A stretch of 56,666 bases of DNA from Deltaproteobacteria bacterium (GCA_031278395.1 JAITKM010000013.1:1-56666); one strand, 5' to 3'; shown: positions 48,022-56,530, numbered from the stretch's first letter. Numbers and translations: made by a program. The notes: a model not told the origin generated them from the sequence alone.

Positions 48022-49005
48022 ATGACATTACAAGAAATAGCTGCTGCAATTAAACAAGCTAAGAATGTGCTAGCTTTAACTCATGTTAGTCCAGATCCAG
48101 ATGCAATTGGTTCAAGTGGAGCCTTAGTTTTAGCTCTAAATTCAATCGGGATAAAGGCTAAGTTATTGCTTGAAGCTGAACCAGAATATAAAATTAGAGA
48201 ATTAGCCAAGACTATTCCGATTATTTATGAACTGCAGAAGGCAGAGAGTTTTGATTTAGTTGTTGGCTTAGATACCTCAACTAAAAAAAGATTAGCAGGC
48301 TATCAAGATGGTTTAGTAAAAGCAGATGGCAAAATTATCAATATTGATCATCATGTAAGTTCTGAAATTAGTTGGGCAACTATGAATTTTGTTTCAGATA
48401 AATATCCGGCTGCTAGCGCGATTGTATTTGAAATTTTAAATTTACTAGAGGTTAAAATTGACTCTGTGATGGCTAATTTGTTGTTAGCAGGCTTAATGGA
48501 TGATACCGGTTCTTTTAGATTTAGTAATACTAATGAAATTGCGTTTAATACTGCTTTGGGATTGTTACGGTGTGGAGCAAATTCAGAGTTAGTTTCTAAT
48601 AATCTTTATTATTCTATTCCGCAAAGAATTTTAAACTTAACAAGTATCTGTTTATCAGATATGAGGTATTTTGCTGAGGGACGTGGCTCGTTAATTTTTT
48701 TAACGCGGGAACTTTTAGAGGAGCTAGGAGCGCAAGATGGTGATACCGATGTTTTGCCGGATATTGGGCGTTCTGCCGCTGGTGTTATTGTGTCTGTTAT
48801 TATTAGACCTGGTATGCGAGAAAAAGGTAAGTGGAAGATTAGCTTGCGTTCTAAGGAGCGTCGGATCGATGTGAATAAAATAGCGGCGAAGTTTGGTGGT
48901 GGTGGACATATTCAAGCTTCTGCTTTTGTTTATCAGGGGAATGAAATTGCAAGGATAGAGTCAGCTTTACTGGATGAAATTACGAGGTGGTTAGATTTAT
49001 TGTAA
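48022..49005 (+). CDS. nrnA: DHH/DHHA1 phosphoesterase (NrnA-like oligoribonuclease/pAp phosphatase)
   Basis: 327 aa. DHH motifs (HVSPDPDAIGS; NIDHH) and DHHA1 GGGGH. Confidence 0.7.
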   Translation: MTLQEIAAAIKQAKNVLALTHVSPDPDAIGSSGALVLALNSIGIKAKLLLEAEPEYKIRELAKTIPIIYELQKAESFDLVVGLDTSTKKRLAGYQDGLVKADGKIINIDHHVSSEISWATMNFVSDKYPAASAIVFEILNLLEVKIDSVMANLLLAGLMDDTGSFRFSNTNEIAFNTALGLLRCGANSELVSNNLYYSIPQRILNLTSICLSDMRYFAEGRGSLIFLTRELLEELGAQDGDTDVLPDIGRSAAGVIVSVIIRPGMREKGKWKISLRSKERRIDVNKIAAKFGGGGHIQASAFVYQGNEIARIESALLDEITRWLDLL

Positions 49006-49008
49006 GTT

Positions 49009-49476
49009 ATGTATCTTTGGACTACTCAGACAAAAATTGGAAAAATTTCCATTGCTGAAAATAGTGGAAAGATTACCAACCTTTATTTTACTAATGATGT
49101 GAAGCCGGAGCGAGATTATATACTGCGGCAAACTCCACTACTTCAAACCGCGTTTCAGCAATTAAACGCTTATTTGTCTGGTGATTTAAAAAACTTTTCA
49201 GTTCCGCTAAATCCGCAAGGCACTAAATTTTTGCAGCAGGTTTGGAAAGCTTTGCAAAGAATTTGTTATGGACAAACTGTAAGTTATCGGGATATTGCTT
49301 TAAAAGTAGGCAATTCGAAAGCTGCGCGAGCTGTGGGACTGGCGAACAATAGAAATCCGATTCCTGTCTTTATTCCATGTCATCGTGTGCTTGGTAGTGA
49401 TGGTAGTTTGGTTGGTTATCGTGGTGGAGTTGAGTTAAAGGCGCAACTTTTAGAAATAGAAAGAATAAGGTTATAA
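49009..49476 (+). CDS. ogt: Methylated-DNA--protein-cysteine methyltransferase
   Basis: 155 aa. Active-site PCHRV motif (IPCHRVLGSDGSLVGYRGG) and N-terminal domain. Confidence 0.85.
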   Translation: MYLWTTQTKIGKISIAENSGKITNLYFTNDVKPERDYILRQTPLLQTAFQQLNAYLSGDLKNFSVPLNPQGTKFLQQVWKALQRICYGQTVSYRDIALKVGNSKAARAVGLANNRNPIPVFIPCHRVLGSDGSLVGYRGGVELKAQLLEIERIRL

Positions 49477-49519
49477 GAGAAGTAAGTTCTTATTAATGGT
49501 GTAGATTTTTTTTTAGATT

Positions 49520-49745
49520 TTTTTTGTTTTTCTTTGGTGCAGGGTTCTTTTTTAGCTTTTTGTATATAAAAAGCTATTAAAAGTTGTATAGTTTTTAGAT
49601 AGTAAAATTAAATAGTTATCTTTTAAAAAGGTAACACTATAACCAAGAAAGCAAGCAAAAATTTGTTTCATACGTGGATTATCATAAAAAGATTATAAAG
49701 TAACCCTGCACCAGAAATAACCAGAAATACCAGAAATAACTGCAG
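49520..49745. mobile_element. MITE-like palindromic repeat element, copy D (longer core)
   Basis: TTTCTTTGGTGCAGGGTTCTTTT (49531-49552), a core of about 145 bp, then AAAGTAACCCTGCACCA (49698-49713) followed by ACCAGAAATA x3. Confidence 0.7.
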
Positions 49746-49876
49746 TGGTATCTCGAAAATCAGGAATGAGTTAATTCTGTAAAATCCGGCGATTATCAGA
49801 AGTATTATAAGAAAACAATATGCCGGACGCTAACCATTGCGGTTTTGTTAACACCTAGGCGGTCGGAAGGAGAATT

Positions 49877-50224
49877 ATGGCAAATTATATAGAAAACCGA
49901 CCTTGGGGCAGTTTTGAAGTTTTGCTGGATAATGTAAATTACAAAGTAAAAATTCTGACTGTCCGTCCGCAAAAACGTTTGAGCCTGCAGTCACACCGGC
50001 GCCGCAGTGAAAACTGGGTGGTTGTGGTCGGACAGGCTTATGTGGAGATAGACGATGAGTTTTGGATTTTGGACAAAGGTCAACATGTGTTTATACCGAT
50101 CGGCGCGAAGCACCGCCTGGAGAATAAAGGCGAGGTTGACCTCGTAGTTGTGGAGACGCAGACCGGCGATTATTTTGGCGAGGATGATATTGTGCGCTAT
50201 GCTGATGATTTTCAGAGAACTTAA
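49877..50224 (+). CDS. Cupin-domain protein (mannose-6-phosphate isomerase type-II C-terminal-like)
   Basis: 115 aa. ENRPWGSFEVL...QSHRRRSENWVVVVGQAYVEID...GAKHRLENKG cupin motifs. By eye the gene is visibly GC-richer than its neighbours. Confidence 0.65.
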   Translation: MANYIENRPWGSFEVLLDNVNYKVKILTVRPQKRLSLQSHRRRSENWVVVVGQAYVEIDDEFWILDKGQHVFIPIGAKHRLENKGEVDLVVVETQTGDYFGEDDIVRYADDFQRT

Positions 50225-50522
50225 TCGATGAGCCAGCTGGGGATTTTTTCTGGAACGGCTTATATTTTTTTGGGTCTACGCCGTGCCGCTGTTTTCTTTC
50301 TTTGGTGCAGCCCCTGCCCCTCTGCCCCAGCAGAAAAACAAAATCAAGTAATATGCGAAAAGAGACGATAGGCAATGGCGCGAAAAAGAAATTTTTTAAG
50401 ATATTTGTTCCCATCGAATATAAGTATAATGACGGATTTTAATCAACTAAAAGGTAAGCAGGTAGTAACAGTAGTGGATTATATCGGCAATTAAAACCGC
50501 CGTTTGAATTAAGCTGCACTTC

Positions 50523-51509
50523 TTAAGCTTCGCCGCGAATTATCTTATAGGTTTCTTCAATTTGTTTCTTTTCTTCTTTTTGCCGCGATAATTTTTTATA
50601 AATATTAGCCTGTTCAATGTTGCCTTGCTCTTTATATAAAACAGATAATTCATAGCATGCACCAGCAGTCCATTTTTGTTCATGACATAAAATCTTAAAG
50701 ATAGCCTCTGCTTCTTTTATTTTATTAAGTTTCATTTTAGTACGTCCAAGATTACCATAGGCATTAATATCTCCAAGTTCATGTCCTTTAGCAAACAACA
50801 GTTCTGCCAAGTCATAATTTTTACGTATAAACTCAATTGTGCCAAGGTTATTGTGTGCTCCAGCATGATTTAAACTCACTGCTCGTCCATATAAAACATG
50901 AGCATTTATATTATCATAAAGTAGCTTCTCATAAACTAACCCGGCATGAAAACAACCTGCACCGTTGTTTAAATCACATGCCTTTTCATACCAGTTAATT
51001 GCTTGGTAATAATCTTTCTTATTATAACGATAATCATTCGCAACCAGCATACATGAGTTACTAGTGATATTGCCTCTCTGGCATGTCTTTTTAGCAATTT
51101 CAATGTTAACTGGAGCTAATGAAAATTGTGCATTGAGCCTTGGTAGTAAAAGAAATATTAATATTAGCAGCAGTAAAATTATAGCCTGCCGAGGATGCAG
51201 CTTATCTGGCTGAAATTTACTTTTCCATTGTTTAACAGCATAGTTAGTTTCTATATCTATCTTGTCACTTAGTTGTTTGTTTTTTTCTGAAAATATAGTC
51301 TTTTGAGAATTTGTTTTTAAAACTAAATCGTTAGTTAAAAAATTATTATTTCGTGAGTATGAATCATTGGTATTAGAAGTCTCTTGAGGTGGTTTAATAT
51401 TTTTTAATAACAGATACATTACCCAGATTAATATTCCCAGTAGTATTACTATTCTTAGGGCAGTCTGAGGATCTTCTATTAAAAATTGGATTGAATTAGC
51501 TATTGGCAT
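50523..51509 (-). CDS. Sel1-like repeat (SLR/TPR-like) membrane-anchored protein
   Basis: 328 aa. TM helix near residue 100. The C-terminal half has Sel1-like repeats with spaced Cys/Gly/Ala (AINWYEKACDLNNGAGCFHAGLVY...NHAGAHNNLG...). Confidence 0.6.
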   Translation of the reverse strand: MPIANSIQFLIEDPQTALRIVILLGILIWVMYLLLKNIKPPQETSNTNDSYSRNNNFLTNDLVLKTNSQKTIFSEKNKQLSDKIDIETNYAVKQWKSKFQPDKLHPRQAIILLLLILIFLLLPRLNAQFSLAPVNIEIAKKTCQRGNITSNSCMLVANDYRYNKKDYYQAINWYEKACDLNNGAGCFHAGLVYEKLLYDNINAHVLYGRAVSLNHAGAHNNLGTIEFIRKNYDLAELLFAKGHELGDINAYGNLGRTKMKLNKIKEAEAIFKILCHEQKWTAGACYELSVLYKEQGNIEQANIYKKLSRQKEEKKQIEETYKIIRGEA

Positions 51510-51587
51510 AGATTTTTATTTTACTTTTGCAGGAACAAAAAAGTATAATCGAAACACTAACATTAAAACTTTAATATTATTAATATT

Positions 51588-51800
51588 GAATGTTGGGTAA
51601 CAAAATTAATACAATATCTAATCTAAATTAAAGTAACCCCATACCAACACTACCAACACTAACTTTTTACTTTTTTAAAAATTACAAAATAATTTAGAAT
51701 CTTATATTTATTTAAATCATGAAAAAACTAATAAACAAAGCACCATAGAAAACAACCCTACACCATAGCACCATAGAAACACATGTTCACCATAGAAAAT
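51588..51800. mobile_element. MITE-like repeat element, copy E (rearranged: terminus-core-degenerate terminus)
   Basis: AAAGTAACCCCATACCA (51630-51646) plus ACCAACACT x2. The core at 51663-51740 is about 80% identical to the copy A core. The right end is degenerate (AAAGCACCATAGAAAACAACCCTACACCATAGCACCATAGAAA), with CACCATAGAAA repeated 3 times. Confidence 0.7.
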
Positions 51801-51983
51801 AATCAAACTTGCTCTATTTTTTTTTTTTTGATAAAGCTACTCGTTTTTTTATCCTATTTATGGAAGTAGTTTTAGATTTAGTTGTGTTGTTTGTTGCGTG
51901 TTGTAATGGTGATTTAACAACATTTTATTTATAATTTGTTGCCGAATATAAATTTAGTTCGGTTTTTTATTGGAGTTTTTTTT

Positions 51984-52703
51984 ATGAAAAAAAGTAATTT
52001 AATTTTATTAACATTTGCAGTATCGCTGTTTGCTGTCATACCCCATACTTTCGCAGAGGGAAATGAAGTAACAGTTTCTCCTTACGTTTCAACAAAACTA
52101 TCATTTGGCTGGACAAAAGGTCATAACGCTGTTGGTGATTTATCGTCAGATGATGGTTATGAAACTTCTTTTGATACTAATACTGATACTGGAGTTGGTA
52201 CAAAAATAGCCGTTGGTGTTTCAACAGCTGTCCCTGCTATTCATGGCGCAATCAGAACAGAATTAGAATTTGGTTTAAATTCAGATTACAAAGATAAAAA
52301 TGTAGATACTAGCTATGTTGATGATGGATATCCGTCATTTACTGTTGAGAGTAAAACGTTTTTATTCAATGTTTATTATGATTTTACCAATTGTTCAAAA
52401 TTTACTCCATACATCGGAGCTGGTTTGGGTTTAGCTCATACAACTTTGGATATGAATTATTTTGGTGATGACGGTGGTAATGATTGGTATGCTGGCGGAA
52501 GTAAAACGAATAATAAATTTGCTTGGCAGGTAGGAACTGGTGTTGCTTATAACATAACTGACAAAACTGCATTAGATCTTGGATATAGATTTACTGATCT
52601 TGGTGAAATTAGCGCAGATGCAGACCGAAACAGTAATCCAGGTGCTGTTAAAGCAGATTTAAAATCACATGAAATCTTACTTGGGCTTAGATATACTTTC
52701 TAA
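51984..52703 (+). CDS. Outer-membrane beta-barrel protein (OmpA-like/OMP_b-brl porin family)
   Basis: Most likely start is MKKSNLILLTFAVSLFAVIPHTFA (signal peptide). There are alternating amphipathic beta-strands and a C-terminal ...LGLRYTF aromatic terminus. The ORF-track start at 51936 is probably too early. Confidence 0.75.
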   Translation: MKKSNLILLTFAVSLFAVIPHTFAEGNEVTVSPYVSTKLSFGWTKGHNAVGDLSSDDGYETSFDTNTDTGVGTKIAVGVSTAVPAIHGAIRTELEFGLNSDYKDKNVDTSYVDDGYPSFTVESKTFLFNVYYDFTNCSKFTPYIGAGLGLAHTTLDMNYFGDDGGNDWYAGGSKTNNKFAWQVGTGVAYNITDKTALDLGYRFTDLGEISADADRNSNPGAVKADLKSHEILLGLRYTF

Positions 52704-52798
52704 TTCTTAAGATTGTGATGAAATCACAAAGTTTTTGCCGAAATATTTTTAGCGGCAGAACTTTTAAAAAAATTCTTATAGAATTCTAATTTGTTTTA

Positions 52799-52830
52799 AG
52801 TCGGTGATAATTGTTACCGACTTTTTTTTC
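52799..52830 (+). terminator. Candidate intrinsic terminator downstream of the OMP gene
   Basis: GTCGGTGATAATTGTTACCGAC imperfect hairpin, followed by a T8 run. Confidence 0.55.
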
Positions 52831-52839
52831 TCTCCTCCT

Positions 52840-53121
52840 CCTGACCTCCTCCTTCCTCCTGGTACAGGGTTACTTTCATTTTATATTTCTTGATGACACT
52901 TTTAAAAAATACCAAATAAATCTAATATATTAATCAAGATACCTAACTAAAAATATGGGTAATACCAGAAAGACCAGAAAAGTAACCTTATACCAGAAAG
53001 AAAATTAGTGGTCAGTGGTTAGCACAAGAGTGGTTAGTGGTTAGTTTACATGAGAACCAGAAAGAAAATATTAAACAGAAATCTAGTGTTAGACCAGAAC
53101 CCTATACCAGAAAGAAAAAAA
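52840..53121. mobile_element. MITE-like element copy F plus cluster of solo termini and microsatellites
   Basis: CCTCCT-rich run, then TGGTACAGGGTTACTTTC (52860-52877), core, then AAAAGTAACCTTATACCA (52978-52995) flanked by ACCAGAAAG repeats. GTGGTTA is repeated 3-4 times at 53007-53043. A further terminus AGAACCCTATACCAGAAAG lies at 53096-53114. Confidence 0.7.
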
Positions 53122-53532
53122 AATTCTTGACTTGGCGAAACCTTTACTCTCGCCCCCAGACCCACCAAAACCTCGCTATGCCCTACATAACGATGTAATA
53201 ACTTAACCGGTAAATTCCAGCGCTGTTGCAAAAAAAAATCCTTTGTAGCTCTGGCAAACACTTATACTTTTGTGAATCAATCACGGGTATAAGTAAAATA
53301 AATCTCTTAGTCCTTAGTTTTTAAATATTTTTTAGGTTGTTTATTATCGTTTTTAGAGCATAAAACGGTGGTCGTATTAGGAGAAAAATTGTGATTTGGC
53401 AATAAAAACTTTTAGTTTGCGCTTGAAACAAAGTATGAAACGGACCCAAAATTGTTATGATAATGGTTTCTTATGGTTTAAAATTATTTTTATTTTTTGA
53501 AACAGATAATAAAACTACATCAAACTTAATTC

Positions 53533-53549
53533 AAAAGAACCCTGTACCA
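53533..53549. repeat. Solo element terminus (AAAAGAACCCTGTACCA + A-run) at the base-composition boundary
   Basis: Read directly. The GC-rich segment begins about 10-40 bp downstream. Confidence 0.65.
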
Positions 53550-53590
53550 AAAAAACTAACCTTTGCGAAACGTTACATTTGATCTTTGAT

Positions 53591-54904
53591 TTATCTGAAT
53601 GTAATTCCGTTTTTTTCTGAGCGTTTTAGCAACGTAATTGCAACAATCAGGGCAAGCATTTCCGCAATACCTGCGGTAAACCACACAACGGCAACGCCGA
53701 ATAAAACGGGAAATACGGAAATAATCACCGAGTTGAACAGCAGTCCCCGGCATACGTTGATGATAACCGATTCTTTCGTGCGTTTAGTTGAATATAAATA
53801 CGCAGAAATAATCGCAGTCAGGGAAATCGGAATAAAACTCCATGCGAATTTCGGCATAGCGTCCACGATGACATTGTAGATAGTCTCGTCCGCTCCAAAC
53901 AGCCCGCAAATTACCCTGCCTAAAAACAGCAACAGAACAAAGATCGCTACGCTTGCAGAAAAGTTGATCACAACGCCGGCATGAAAATAGTATTTCAAAT
54001 CATTTTCTTTTTTCGCCCCATAGGATTGTCCGAATAAGGGTTGCAAGCCCTCGGAAATGCCCCAAAATGCCGCAAATAAACAGGACGACACATAGTTGAT
54101 GATTGAATAAGCGTTGACCGCGCTGGCGCCAAGCGAGTTAAGCAACGTGTAGTTCAGGCAGAGCGTTGTAACCGGCATGGCGAATTGCGCGGTCATTTCG
54201 GGCAGCCCGCGAAGGAGAATTTTACGCCACATGGCGAAATCCGGCGTAAAGAGATGAAACCGCAAAGCCCCTTTTTTGCGTATAAAGTGAGACAGCATGA
54301 TAACAGCCCCGATTGTTTGGGATATTCCCGTTGCGATTGCCGTGCCCGCCACGCCTTGTTGAAGGGGGAAAATAAACAGCCAGTCCAGAAAAACATTGGC
54401 GGCGGTACTGACAATAACCGACGCGGCGACAAGTCGCGGCGAACCGTCATTGCGGCAAAATGCTTGCAATAAAAAGCCCGGTTCGGAAATAATCAGGAAC
54501 GCCGAATACCAGAATAAATAATCGCGGACGTAGGTAAAATAAATATCGTTTGCTCCGAGCAGGCGGGCAAGCGGTCCGGTAAAGAACATTCCGGCAATAC
54601 ATAACAGTACGGCAACCATGAAAATACCGGAAAGAGCGTGCATAAAAACCTGATTGGCGCCATTGGTATCGCCGCGACCAAGACGAATAGCGGCAATTGT
54701 TACACCGCCTATGGTTACGAGCAAATTAAGCGATACGACCAGCATGACGAAAGGAAGCGCAATATTGATCGCGCCAAGCGCATCCACCCCGACGCCCCTG
54801 CCGACAAAAACGCCGTCAATGACTGTAAATAAGAAAAAACAACAACTGCTGAGTACCGAAGGTACAAGATAATATGCTATATTTTGCGCCCGTGTCCGTT
54901 TCAT
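53591..54904 (-). CDS. MATE-family efflux transporter
   Basis: 437 aa. 12 predicted TM helices with MatE-family repeats (e.g. PEMTAQFAMPVTTLCLNYTLLNSLGASAV). GC-rich codon usage unlike the rest of the window. Confidence 0.8.
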   Translation of the reverse strand: MKRTRAQNIAYYLVPSVLSSCCFFLFTVIDGVFVGRGVGVDALGAINIALPFVMLVVSLNLLVTIGGVTIAAIRLGRGDTNGANQVFMHALSGIFMVAVLLCIAGMFFTGPLARLLGANDIYFTYVRDYLFWYSAFLIISEPGFLLQAFCRNDGSPRLVAASVIVSTAANVFLDWLFIFPLQQGVAGTAIATGISQTIGAVIMLSHFIRKKGALRFHLFTPDFAMWRKILLRGLPEMTAQFAMPVTTLCLNYTLLNSLGASAVNAYSIINYVSSCLFAAFWGISEGLQPLFGQSYGAKKENDLKYYFHAGVVINFSASVAIFVLLLFLGRVICGLFGADETIYNVIVDAMPKFAWSFIPISLTAIISAYLYSTKRTKESVIINVCRGLLFNSVIISVFPVLFGVAVVWFTAGIAEMLALIVAITLLKRSEKNGITFR

Positions 54905-55410
54905 AAATTAACGCCCCTACGAAAAAATTAATTTCTTTATGCAACGACCGAAGTCCTCATACTGCAAAAAAAAAGCCGAATAAGACGCCAATTGGATGTA
55001 ATTGGTTTTCTTATCCGGCGTGTTAGATACGTCTGCACGCCCTCCGAAAAACCAACTTATCCGACGTCTTATCCGGCTTTGTAACTACGCTGTACAAATC
55101 CTCCGACGAACAAAGTAAATAGTAATAAGATTACCCAAAACTATTTGAAACGTCAATCTGCCGTTTAACATACTTCCAAAGTCCAAGGTTGCAGTCGCGG
55201 TTCGGGTATTCCAATATGCACATCAGTAATTCAGCTTTTTCTTCCGTGGAAAATGTCTTTGACCAGCAAAGCGAGCATGGGGTCTATCAAAATCTTCATT
55301 TGCCCACCCCTTGGTCAAACAATGTCGGTTGCGCGGCCTGTTCCTGCCATTCCACCTTGAACGCCACGCAGTCCTTGACTTCTTGAACAAAGACCAGTTC
55401 TTCGCTTTAC

Positions 55411-55719
55411 ATGACGACGCGGGCGTTCTGCGTGAATACGAACCGCGATACTTTTTTGCGCCCCTGTAAGAACTCCAAGCCGGTCCGCGTTAAAATCCAT
55501 ATAAAAACCGAGTTCAAAAACAAATTGGAAGAGATTTATGCTCCGATACAAGAAATTATAAAAGAAGACGGATTGTTGAAAAGTGGCGCATTAAATATAA
55601 CAATCGATATGCACATGAAAGAGATACTGTTTATAGACCAGCCGGAAGAGAATCTTGATAACGAATCAATCTACAAATTGCTCGTTCCCGCCATCAAGGA
55701 AGCGCGGAATCAAATATGA
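55411..55719 (+). CDS. Hypothetical protein (uncertain ORF)
   Basis: 102 aa. No recognisable motif. Composition is mixed. The true start is unclear. Confidence 0.2.
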   Translation: MTTRAFCVNTNRDTFLRPCKNSKPVRVKIHIKTEFKNKLEEIYAPIQEIIKEDGLLKSGALNITIDMHMKEILFIDQPEENLDNESIYKLLVPAIKEARNQI

Positions 55720-55862
55720 TTTATAGAGAAGCTAAACCGCTTCCCACGAGCAAAGCATAATTTTCTGCACTTCGGCGGTATGTTTAAGGGCACGTTTGCA
55801 GCCAACGTTGTTAGCCGCAACTTCGCGTAATACTTATTATTTCGGCAATAGAAAATATTCTC

Positions 55863-56465
55863 TTAAAGGTTTATATTTTTTACCCGAATAAAATTTGTTA
55901 GTGTTTCACGATTGACACGAAGTTTTCTGGCAATAGCGGTCTTACTATCACCACGCGCGAGCATTCGGCGCACGCTATTTTCTTTGCCTGTCAGTTTCAG
56001 ATATGAACTCTTGCTGCCGAACGGCCGGCCAAGAATTTGACCAGCCGCACGACGGGCGGCCAGCGCTTCCTTGGTGCGCTGGGATATGAGATTTCTTTCC
56101 AATTCGGCTGTAAGACCAAAGGCAAAGGCGAGGATTTTTCCCTGTATACCTGCGTCAAGGCGATAATTGTCTCGGATAGTCCAAATGTTCGCACCAATAT
56201 TCATACAATGGTTCAGAATGCCCATAATCTGTAATAAATCACGTCCAAGGCGCGATAATTCGCTTGAAATAACTATATCGTCTTTTTTGATTTTCCTTAT
56301 CAATCTGCCAAGTTTGCGCTTTTTTAGCTCTTGCCGCGAACTGATGGTTTCCTCAACCCACTCATCAATAACGATGTGCTGCCCAGCAACGAATTGCTCT
56401 ATCTCAAACCTTTGGTTTTCTGTTGTTTGCGTAGCTGTGCTGACCCGTATGTAGCCATAAATCAT
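55863..56465 (-). CDS. Small serine recombinase (resolvase/invertase family)
   Basis: 200 aa. Catalytic N-terminus MIYGYIRVSTATQ (Ser nucleophile), SELSRLGRD motif, and C-terminal HTH (SKTAIARKLRVNRETLTNFI). Confidence 0.85.
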   Translation of the reverse strand: MIYGYIRVSTATQTTENQRFEIEQFVAGQHIVIDEWVEETISSRQELKKRKLGRLIRKIKKDDIVISSELSRLGRDLLQIMGILNHCMNIGANIWTIRDNYRLDAGIQGKILAFAFGLTAELERNLISQRTKEALAARRAAGQILGRPFGSKSSYLKLTGKENSVRRMLARGDSKTAIARKLRVNRETLTNFIRVKNINL

Positions 56466-56530
56466 TTTATACTCCTTTATTTTTGTTGAACATGTGTAGT
56501 CTAAATCATTTTATACTTCTTTGTTTTTCT
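56458..56530. promoter_or_regulatory. 29-bp direct repeat pair (TAAATCATTTTATACTCCTTTATTTTTGT / TAAATCATTTTATACTTCTTTGTTTTTCT) at the recombinase 5' end: candidate res-like/autoregulatory site
   Basis: Read directly. Copy 1 contains the recombinase RBS and start codon. Copy 2, 44 bp further upstream, carries ATG-ATT-TAG (a start followed by an immediate stop). Confidence 0.45.

Noticed and set aside
53046-53261. 71-aa minus-strand ORF in the repeat-dense tract
   Set aside because: It has no motif and overlaps the microsatellite and terminus repeats. The first half sits in a slightly GC-richer patch that could be a gene remnant, but I cannot support a call.
54185-54872. ORFs on both strands inside the MATE gene (95, 85, 67, 64 and 72 aa)
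   Set aside because: They overlap the 12-TM MATE CDS. The high GC content of this segment inflates spurious ORF length.
55189-55551. ORFs 55189..55386(+) and 55315..55551(-)
   Set aside because: They overlap each other in a GC-rich spacer and have no motifs or RBS. This region was left unannotated apart from the low-confidence 55411..55719 ORF.
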